64,000 nucleotides of DNA, from positions 3,680,001 to 3,744,000 of the forward strand of contig OZ001293.3 in the NCBI GenBank assembly GCA_963921275.4. The letters run 5' to 3'. Position 1 is the first letter of the stretch. Each line of letters starts with the position of its first letter. Positions 57,201-64,000 of this stretch are shown piece by piece. The translations under genes were made by a program, and so were the position numbers. The notes beneath the pieces were generated by a model. It searched no databases. It was not told where the DNA came from and saw only the letters and a program-made list of their open reading frames with translations. Source of the stretch: an uncultured Hormoscilla sp. Its GTDB lineage: Bacteria > Cyanobacteriota > Cyanobacteriia > Cyanobacteriales > Desertifilaceae.

Positions 57201-57923
57201 TTGCTGTCCACCATTGACTGTTGGCGGTTCTCCTGGCCGCAGCTTGCGATATAGTTCTATCAGGGCATCTTCATCGGTATATTCTCCTTCTTTGTCGATG
57301 GTTTTCTGGAAATAATCTGGGTGACGCAAGGAGTCCAGTATTTCACTGGTGCTCATCCCCATTGCTTTGAGCAATACTTGGGCCGACAGCTTCCTGGTTT
57401 TGTCTATCCTTACCCATACCAGGTTATTTTTATCTGTTTCAAATTTTAGCCATGCTCCGCGATTGGGGAGCAGGGAGGCGTTGTAGGTCCGCCGACCGTT
57501 TTTGTCTGTTTCTGATTTGTAGTACACTCCGGGCGATCGCACTATTTGGTTAACGATGACTCGCTCTGATCCATTTATGATAAATGTGCCCCGATCTGTC
57601 ATCAGTGGCAGTTCGCCGATAAATACCTCTTGCTCTTTAATTTCCCCGGTTTCTTTGTTGAGCAAACGTGTGGGGACATACATTTGCACTGCGTAGGTTG
57701 CATCCCTGCGCTTTGCTTCTGCTACGTCGTATTTTGGTCGAAGGAGTGAGAATTTTTTCCCCAAAAAATGTAGCTCTAGTTTTCCCGTGTAGTCTGTTAT
57801 TGGAGAAAAGCTGTCTAGCTCTTCTATTAATCCCTCTTCTAGAAACCAGCGGAAGCTCGCTCTCTGGATCTCTACTAGATCTGGTAATTTAAATTTCACT
57901 TTTGTGTCGATCCTCTGATTCAT
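54276..57923 (-). CDS. rpoB: RNA polymerase beta subunit with a large in-frame insertion
   Basis: [52 protein letters not shown]. Confidence 0.98.
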   Translation of the reverse strand: MNQRIDTKVKFKLPDLVEIQRASFRWFLEEGLIEELDSFSPITDYTGKLELHFLGKKFSLLRPKYDVAEAKRRDATYAVQMYVPTRLLNKETGEIKEQEVFIGELPLMTDRGTFIINGSERVIVNQIVRSPGVYYKSETDKNGRRTYNASLLPNRGAWLKFETDKNNLVWVRIDKTRKLSAQVLLKAMGMSTSEILDSLRHPDYFQKTIDKEGEYTDEDALIELYRKLRPGEPPTVNGGQQLLESRFFDPKRYDLGKVGRYKLNKKLRLSVSETKRVLTQEDILTSIDYLINLEFDIGTIDDIDHLGNRRVRAVGELLQNQVRVGLNRLERIIRERMIVLDSDQLTPTSLVNSKPLVAAIKEFFGSSQLSQFMDQTNPLAELTHKRRLSALGPGGLTRERAGFAVRDIHPSHYGRICPIETPEGPNAGLIGSLATHARVNEYGFIETPYYRVENGQIRRDIPPVFMTADEEDDLRVAPGDIPVDENGKLSSDIVPVRYRQDFTTTTPDQVDYVSVSPVQIISVATSLIPFLEHDDANRALMGSNMQRQAVPLLRPERPLVGTGMETQAARDSGMVIVSKEDGVVTYVDATKIRVRSIPKKASSDAQRPHLATGPAGARDAGSLFNGESTGFDIYGRLMSSGSEVSPGEVSPGSLMSPERTAKPEGHHTRTTQEKPRANRTTQEIQSANRTKEKTSYSHVPSGGDIETKLDIFQIPPREISYEMHKYHRSNQDTCLNQKPIVHVGDKVVKGQVIADGSSTEKGELALGQNILVAYMPWEGYNYEDAILISERLVVEDLYTSIHIEKYEIEARQTKLGPEEITREIPNVGEEALRQLDETGIIRIGAWVETGEILVGKVTPKGESDQPPEEKLLRAIFGEKARDVRDNSLRVPNGEKGRVVDVRVFTREQGDELPPGANMVVRVYVAQKRKIQIGDKMAGRHGNKGIISRILPIEDMPYMPDGTPLDIILNPLGVPSRMNVGQIFECLLGWAGENLDTRYKILPFDEMHGKEKSRETVHGKLLSAVYETGKKWLYNQENPGKIQVYDGRTGEPFDQPVTVGKAYMLKLVHLVDDKIHARSTGPYSLVTQQPLGGKAQQGGQRFGEMEVWALEAFGGAYTLQELLTVKSDDMQGRNEALNAIVKGKAIPRPGTPESFKVLMRELQSLCLDIAVHKVENHADGTNTSKEIDLMADTSNNRRGSYRGASAIVEEMSESYE
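55807..56032. repeat. Five-level hairpin nest in frame within rpoB
   Basis: TCGA at 55807 and 56029, 222 nt apart (74 codons); five concentric arm pairs. Confidence 0.9.
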
Positions 57924-58241
57924 TTTCTGTCAAGGCTGCAAGGCGCGTTATTCTTATACTGAGCAATTTTGTCTCGACACGATCGCTGCCATTTGATACT
58001 CGGGAGGAGGGAAAGGGAGGGTTACCTTCGCGCTGCGGCGAGACGAACGGTGCTTCGATATCGCCGTGTCCCCCCTCCTTCCCACAGCGAAGCCTGGGAA
58101 GGTGCGAGTAGCGATCTGCGTCTCAAGAGCATGTGCTCCCGATATCTCCTGTGTGCCGATAGCGCTGCGCTGGGGGCGCAGCCATGTCCCCTGAGACAAG
58201 AGAGCTGGCAGAGATATCGAAGGGGAAACATCGTAGTCGCA

Positions 58242-59045
58242 CTACCCAGGACATGCGGTCCGTTCACTCTCCGGCAAATTAAATAGTTTACGGGCATTAT
58301 CTGTTGTTTGTGCCGCTAATGTTTCTACTGGCACTCCTCTGAGTTGGGCTACTTGCTCCGCTACATAACGGACGTATGCTGGCTCATTGCGTTTCCCTCG
58401 TTTTGGTTCAGGTGCCAGGAATGGACTGTCTGTTTCTATTAGTAGGCGATCGGGAGGCACCATGAGACATGACTCTTTTATCTGGACTGCTTTCTTAAAT
58501 GTCACGGTCCCGCTGAAGCTGATGTATAATCCCAAATCTAAGAACCATTCCGTTTCTTCTGGCCTTCCGCCCCAGCAATGCATCACCCCTCGTAATGAAC
58601 CTCCCGTGTTCTTCAATTCTCTCAGTTGTCTCGCTGCCTCTTGCGCCGCCTCTCGGAGGTGGATAATTACTGGTAATTCTAGAGCCTGGGCTAGGTAAAG
58701 CTGAGCGGCAAATACCTTTTTTTGCTGATCAAAATTATCCGCTTTATAAAAATCTAGCCCCGTTTCCCCTATTGCTACTACTTTCCGGTCAGCACTGACA
58801 AAATTCCTAATTACTTCCTCTGCCGAGCTTGTCCATAAATGGGCATCTAGGGGGTGCAACCCTACGGCAAAATATAGCTCGTCAATCTGAGCTGCTAATG
58901 TTTGGATGCTCTTTATCTCCGAGGGTGATACGCAAGAATGCACTAACTGCACTACTCCAGCGGAACGCCAACGGGTAACTACTTCGGACATATCCGACTC
59001 AAAGACATCAAAGTTTATGTGAACGTGGGTGTCAATCAACTGCAT
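58242..59045 (-). CDS. tatD: TatD family hydrolase
   Basis: [39 protein letters not shown]. Confidence 0.95.
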   Translation of the reverse strand: MQLIDTHVHINFDVFESDMSEVVTRWRSAGVVQLVHSCVSPSEIKSIQTLAAQIDELYFAVGLHPLDAHLWTSSAEEVIRNFVSADRKVVAIGETGLDFYKADNFDQQKKVFAAQLYLAQALELPVIIHLREAAQEAARQLRELKNTGGSLRGVMHCWGGRPEETEWFLDLGLYISFSGTVTFKKAVQIKESCLMVPPDRLLIETDSPFLAPEPKRGKRNEPAYVRYVAEQVAQLRGVPVETLAAQTTDNARKLFNLPESERTACPG

Positions 59046-59130
59046 GGGGATGGTGTTCTCCTGCCTTGTGTCAGTAGGCGGTGTCTAGTAGACACCGGTC
59101 ATTGGTCAGTTGTCCATCGGACCACTTCTT

Positions 59131-59439
59131 TCAAGCTGCCGCTGGGGATGCTGATTTTTCCACCTTTTTTAATGCCTGCGCCAGACGGGATTTTTTGTGA
59201 GCCCCATTGTTACGGTGCAAGACCCCGCGCTTGACTGCTTTGTCTATTTTGCTGTATGCTGCTGACATGAGACCGAGAACTTCCTGCTTGGCCTCCGGGG
59301 TTTTGGAGGTAGCATACTTGTCTAAGGCTGCGAAAAATTTCTTCATCAGCGTCTTGACCGCTGATTTATAAGCTTTATTGCGCAGCCGGTTCCTCTCTGT
59401 GATTTGGACGCGCTTGATGGCTGACTTTATATTTGGCAC
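59131..59439 (-). CDS. rpsT: 30S ribosomal protein S20
   Basis: [10 protein letters not shown]...[11 protein letters not shown]...[18 protein letters not shown]. Confidence 0.97.
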   Translation of the reverse strand: MPNIKSAIKRVQITERNRLRNKAYKSAVKTLMKKFFAALDKYATSKTPEAKQEVLGLMSAAYSKIDKAVKRGVLHRNNGAHKKSRLAQALKKVEKSASPAAA

Positions 59440-59728
59440 GGCGTTCCCTTGGTTGTTTACTGCTATTTACAATTCTGCTGTCAGTCGGACTTTTTACTAT
59501 AGCATTTTTTCCTGGCTAGTGCAAGCGCCCCCCATTGCCAGGTTAAGCTAGAGTAGCGACTATGAGTAGTCCCAGCGCAGCTTGGACCAGCGGTGTTAAG
59601 TTAATAGAGAGGTTATACATTCTTTGCGATAAGTGTGTCAAGTAATCCCGCTGAATGAGCGATCTTATGCGCGAGTATATGTTGCGTTCCATTGAAAATT
59701 GAGCGTCACTACCATCCTGCTACATGAT

Positions 59729-61051
59729 ATGCTGCGAATTGTTCTCGATCGGGATGAGGCAGAAGCGGAATTGCGACGCATCGGCGATCGCTATCGCGAC
59801 GACTATGTCCTGCACGCCTGTGCGACGGTTAGGGAAGTGCTGGCCTCGGTGAGGCGAAACGGAGATCGGGCGCTGCTGCATTATACCGCGTCAGTCGATC
59901 GAGTTACCTTCAGCCCTTCAGAATTGCGGGTGACTGGTTCAGAACTAGATGCTGCTTATCAGCAGGTAAATAAAGATTTACTAGACGCGATCGAGTTGGC
60001 ATCGAGCCAAATTGAGGCATTTCACCGGCAGAGAGTGCCATCATCGTGGGTGCAATTTAAGGATCTGGATGTAGTTTTGGGTAAGCGATATCAGCCGGTG
60101 GAAAAGGCGGGTATATATGTTGCCGGTGGTGGAGCGGCTTATCCAAGTCGGGTGCTGATGAATGCTATCCCAGCTAAGGTGGCTGGAGTACGGAGGACGA
60201 TCATGTCTACTCCGCCGGGACCGGATAAGAAAATTAATCCAGCGGTGCTGGTGGCTGCTCAGTCGGCAGGTATTCAGGAGGTTTATCGGGTGTCCGGGGC
60301 GGCGGCGATCGGGGCTTTTGCCTATGGTACGGAAACTATTCCGCCAGTAGATGTGATCGTAGGGACTGGTAATATATATGTAACTCTAGCCAAAAAACTG
60401 GTCTCGCCGATAGTGGGGATAGATTGTTTGACCGGTGCGGGAGAGCTGTTGATTATTGCCGATCGCCTCGCAAATCATGAACATGTGGCGGCGGATTTGT
60501 TGGCCCAGGCGGAACGGGACCCTATGGCATCGGCGATCCTGTTGACTCCGGATTTGACTTTGGCTACTCTGGTGACAGCTGAAGTTGACCGGCAACTTAT
60601 TAACCACTCCCGCCGGTTGCTGACGGAAAAGGCGATCGCCCATTATGGTTTGGTAGTGGTGGTAGAATCTGAGCTGATCGCGGCGGAACTCGCGAATGCT
60701 TTTGCTCCCCAAAATTTGATGCTGCAAGTGGCTGACCCCTGGAGTTTACTAGAAGAAATTCGTCATGCTGGAGCGATCTTTCTGGGCTATTCCTCCCCGA
60801 TCGCCCTAGGAGATTACTTAGCCGGTCCTAACCAGAATCTTCCCACTAATGGTGCTGCCCGCTACGCTTCTTCCCTAGGCGTGGAAACTTACTTGAAGCA
60901 TTCTAATATAATTAATTATTCTCCTGAGGCCCTGAAAAAAGTTGCCGACACGATCGAGCTCTTGGCTCAAGCTGAGGGTTTCCCGAACCACGCCGATTCT
61001 GTGCGCTTGAGAACTGAAGGTCAGCGAGATAAGTATGACAGGCGTTGCTGA
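59729..61051 (+). CDS. hisD: Histidinol dehydrogenase-family protein with substituted active-site residues
   Basis: HisD motifs recognisable (GDRALL, AIPAKVAGV, AYGTETIPPVD, LGDYLAGPN); divergent from rpsT; stop codon lies inside an IS1 end. Confidence 0.85.
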   Translation: MLRIVLDRDEAEAELRRIGDRYRDDYVLHACATVREVLASVRRNGDRALLHYTASVDRVTFSPSELRVTGSELDAAYQQVNKDLLDAIELASSQIEAFHRQRVPSSWVQFKDLDVVLGKRYQPVEKAGIYVAGGGAAYPSRVLMNAIPAKVAGVRRTIMSTPPGPDKKINPAVLVAAQSAGIQEVYRVSGAAAIGAFAYGTETIPPVDVIVGTGNIYVTLAKKLVSPIVGIDCLTGAGELLIIADRLANHEHVAADLLAQAERDPMASAILLTPDLTLATLVTAEVDRQLINHSRRLLTEKAIAHYGLVVVVESELIAAELANAFAPQNLMLQVADPWSLLEEIRHAGAIFLGYSSPIALGDYLAGPNQNLPTNGAARYASSLGVETYLKHSNIINYSPEALKKVADTIELLAQAEGFPNHADSVRLRTEGQRDKYDRRC

Positions 61052-61851
61052 ATCAAGGTATGGTAGAGGCAAGGTAGGGAAGAATGTGAAGGTAAGAAAA
61101 CGATGGTAGACCAGTCAGCTCGCCCAACTTGTCCAGAATGTGGGAAGAAGTGAAACAAACTAAGAATGGCAAAAACCGACAAGGTAAGCAGAAACATCTG
61201 TGCAAGGCTTGTGGGCGCGAATTTATCACAAACTACAACTCACATCTGGAGCGGAGCGTGATGAGTTCAAACACTCATGCCTCACCATGTATACCAATGC
61301 TATGGGGTTTCTAGGGATAGAGAGAGTGAAAAAACTGCATCACACAACTCTTATCAACTGGGTCAAGCAAGTTGGGTTCTCGGCTACCTGATGCCTATCT
61401 ACCCGAACAGGTTGGTGCAAGTGGGAGAACTCGATGAATTACAGACCTTTGTGGGCTCAAAAAAAACACTCCGATGGCTGTGGACAGCAGTAGAGCACTT
61501 GAGCCCAGGGATATTGGGATGGGCAATTGTCGATCGGAGTAGTCAGACTGATGAAGCCATTGTGGCAGGAAATTAAGGACTGGAAATGCTACTTCACCGG
61601 TGAGTGATGATTGGCTAGTGTATGGCAAGTTTATTCCCGATGAAGACCGGATTTAAGCCAAGATCTATATGACCCGAGTTGAGGGTGAGAATAGGCGAGG
61701 AAGACAATATTTGGCACGGTTGAAGCGCAAGACATTGTGCTACTCCAAATCTGTAGAGATGTTGAGCCATTCAATTCGACTATTAATCCATTATCTCCAT
61801 TGGGGTGAAATACCTGTTCCTTACCATTCCATATCTTGATTCAGCAACGCC
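61041..61851 (+). mobile_element. IS1-family element, degraded
   Basis: TIR GGCGTTGCTGAATCAAG / CTTGATTCAGCAACGCC; near-TSD AGTATGACA/AGTATAACA; CKACGREF, ELDELQTFVGSKK, MTRVEGEN. Confidence 0.88.
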
Positions 61852-62097
61852 AGTATAACATATAGGCGTTGCATATTTTGGGGATGTTATCAGCACTCTT
61901 GTTAACAGTTGACAATTGACAATTGTTCATTGCTCAAACTTCTATATATGACCAGTAATGCTGTAATTGTCAATTATCAAAACTTATAAATCCCTATTGC
62001 CTAGTTTAATTACTTCTATAACTATATGTAGCAATCGAATGCTTCTTTGTGAACTCAAAGATGCCCAGAAACCCGGCAATATGCCCAGAAACCAGGT

Positions 62098-62285
62098 TTC
62101 GATATATCTGGGGAGCGCGCACTACCCCAGATATATCGAATCAACTTCTAGAGTTGGGGGAGTCTCAAGTGAGACTCCCCCAACGGGTGCATATCACTTT
62201 TGCGGCGATGTGCTCTGCGCGCTCGATGTCTCCGGAGAGCGAGCGCTAATCGCACTACGCATCGCACATCGCGGAGATATTCACC
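62098..62285. repeat. Cluster of hairpin elements
   Basis: TTCGATATATCTGGGG-AGCGCGCACTA-CCCCAGATATATCGAA; palindrome 62153-62184; nest CGATGTGCTCTGCG...AGCGCTAATCGCACTA...CGCATCGCACATCG. Confidence 0.85.
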
Positions 62286-62406
62286 GGTAGCCCAGAAACC
62301 CGGTTTTGCCGGAATTATCGGGTTTCTTAATTCTTGCATTGAGATGCACCCTCCCCCAACTCCTGCCAATAGCGCTGCTTTGCGCCAACAACTTCCCTAG
62401 TTCCTT

Positions 62407-62736
62407 TTACCACTCATCCTGGCGTTTATCGATACTGAACCTCTCAGGATTTTGCAGTTTCGGAAAACGATAGAAAGTATTCCCCTGGGCATCCACTTCT
62501 GGGATGGCTGAAAAAATTTGCACTTGTTGTTGCAAGAACCTCTGAGCAACCAGAGCATCGATTCTCGCCGCCGCCGCCAGCTGAATGAGAGAAACCTCCC
62601 CATTTTGCTTTTCTAACAGCTGATAGAAAGCATTTTGCAGCTGTCGCTGACGCTGACCATTTTGGATAGTATTCAAGACATACAGACCTACCAGCGAACT
62701 CAGTCCAATCACAAAGGCAATTTCCAGAATGGCCAT
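62407..62736 (-). CDS. Hypothetical membrane-anchored protein
   Basis: MAILEIAFVIGL N-terminal TM segment; FYQLLEKQNGEVSLIQLA...EVDAQGNTFYRFP looks like a real protein. Confidence 0.65.
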   Translation of the reverse strand: MAILEIAFVIGLSSLVGLYVLNTIQNGQRQRQLQNAFYQLLEKQNGEVSLIQLAAAARIDALVAQRFLQQQVQIFSAIPEVDAQGNTFYRFPKLQNPERFSIDKRQDEW

Positions 62737-62749
62737 AACACAATCAACC

Positions 62750-63961
62750 TTATACGTAGTGCGTGACGATGTGCGATGCGCAGTTCGAATAGCACGCGCA
62801 GAGCACATCGGAGCCAGGAGCGCTAGCTTTCTGCGGTTGCACTAAATTAGAAGCTCCTTCTATCACTTTAGCGGATTCAATTACATCTCCCTGAGTCAGC
62901 TTCCCTAGTACCTCAAAGCCTTCAGTCACATAGCCAAACGCGGCATAGCGACCATCCAACAGGTTAACACCAGGTGGTGTCAGCTCTGTTTCAAACAGGA
63001 AGAAGAAAAACTGAGAAGAACCCCCATTCAGATCTTCATCCGGACGAGCCATCCCCAGCGTGCCATAGGCTGCGAAGGGAAGCACCGGATGGGAGCGATA
63101 CATACCCGCCTCTTCTAGGGTAATACCATAGATTGGGGAAGGCTCATTTTGGACCAGGATCTCCAAGGGAATAGCCCGGTATTCCCCTGTATCGGGGTCA
63201 ATGAAACCGTCTTCGGGGCCCGGGGGATCTCCCACTTGCGCCACGTATTGTTTTTCTACCCTTGTAAACTCCAGACCGTCATAGAACCCGCGCTGTACCA
63301 GATCCACAAAATTACCAGCGGTAACCGGGGCACTGTAACCGTCCAGCACCGCTGTTATCTTGCCCTTATTGGTTTCGATCGCCACGGTGGCCCGACCTAA
63401 CAGTTGTGGCAGGTTGTTGTACTCCGATGGTACTTCAAAGGTCATGCCGCGCACCATTAACTGTTCTAGCTGCCCCACCAACTCCAGCAGTTCGTCTCTG
63501 AGGGTCTGCACCTGTTCTTTATCTTCAACTTCAGCAGCTTCTCTTAGAGAGGTCAGTCCTGACTCGATCTGGGCTATGATTGATTCTGCTTGTGGTTTGC
63601 TATCCGAAGGCACTGACGAGAGCAGTTGTGACTGGCGAAGGTTGCTCGTGGTCTGTACCTTAGTGATGTTTCTCGTGATGTCACTCCAATGCTTGCCTCG
63701 CAGTGCTGTGGAGATGCTTTCCAAATTGGCTTGCATTTCCCGCACTGGTTGATTGTCAATTGGTAGGGCATACCGCAACAGGGTTTTGCCATCGGTAATA
63801 GCGTCCCCAGAGGGTAAGAGAGTCTGCTGGGGTTTTTTACTGCCCCTAAAATTCCACCAAGCGGCGTCCAGTCCGATCGAGAGGGTAAACAGCAGCACTG
63901 CTAAGATGCCTGTCTTCAGCCAGCGCTGCCATAGGTTAGTCCTTGACTTGCTTACATCCAT
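62750..63961 (-). CDS. Cyclophilin-type peptidyl-prolyl isomerase (CYP38/TLP40-like)
   Basis: LLRYALPIDN, LDGYSAPVTAGNFVDLV, GTLGMAR, GSSQFFFFL, LDGRYAAFGYV; repeat-derived C-terminal tail. Confidence 0.92.
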   Translation of the reverse strand: MDVSKSRTNLWQRWLKTGILAVLLFTLSIGLDAAWWNFRGSKKPQQTLLPSGDAITDGKTLLRYALPIDNQPVREMQANLESISTALRGKHWSDITRNITKVQTTSNLRQSQLLSSVPSDSKPQAESIIAQIESGLTSLREAAEVEDKEQVQTLRDELLELVGQLEQLMVRGMTFEVPSEYNNLPQLLGRATVAIETNKGKITAVLDGYSAPVTAGNFVDLVQRGFYDGLEFTRVEKQYVAQVGDPPGPEDGFIDPDTGEYRAIPLEILVQNEPSPIYGITLEEAGMYRSHPVLPFAAYGTLGMARPDEDLNGGSSQFFFFLFETELTPPGVNLLDGRYAAFGYVTEGFEVLGKLTQGDVIESAKVIEGASNLVQPQKASAPGSDVLCACYSNCASHIVTHYV

Positions 63962-64000
63962 AAATTTATCTGCCTGTCTTCGCTTTACATCTGCCCTGGG

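Noticed and set aside
49866..57892. Many + strand ORFs overlapping rpoB and rpoC2
   Set aside because: Antisense shadow ORFs of long coding genes.

Overview
Chromosomal window from a cyanobacterium (HIP1 GCGATCGC sites in core genes; ndhD4/cupB, hli, cyanobacterial-type rpoB/rpoC2). Islands of intact housekeeping genes (CbbR-type LysR regulator, cupB, ndhD4, rpoZ, tRNA-Pro, topA, ald, hli, rpoC2, rpoB, tatD, rpsT, hisD-like, cyclophilin) are separated by long tracts of decayed, nested IS elements (IS1182, IS66, IS630, IS5, IS1, IS982, IS4, ISKra4-like, ISAzo13), MITEs, pseudogenes and five group II intron copies (one with a broken RT/HNH ORF, four ORF-less). The main observation is a family of ~42-45 bp hairpin elements with termini near CGRTRTC...GAYAYCG, arms that differ between copies yet stay complementary, and a conserved ~16-nt loop TAGTGC(GAT/GAC/TTT)TAGCGCT. 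Copies insert into each other's loops, forming nests up to about 5 levels deep. They lie in frame inside essential genes (a 222-nt nest in rpoB, beside the topA AHEAIRP motif, in rpoC2) and rewrite the 3' ends of topA, tatD and the cyclophilin gene. Other oddities: a transposase-less element with ~170-bp terminal inverted repeats and a 9-bp TSD, two ORF-less group II introns fused head-to-head, and an intact hisD-like gene lacking catalytic residues. All calls were made by eye with no database search; IS family names and boundaries are approximate.
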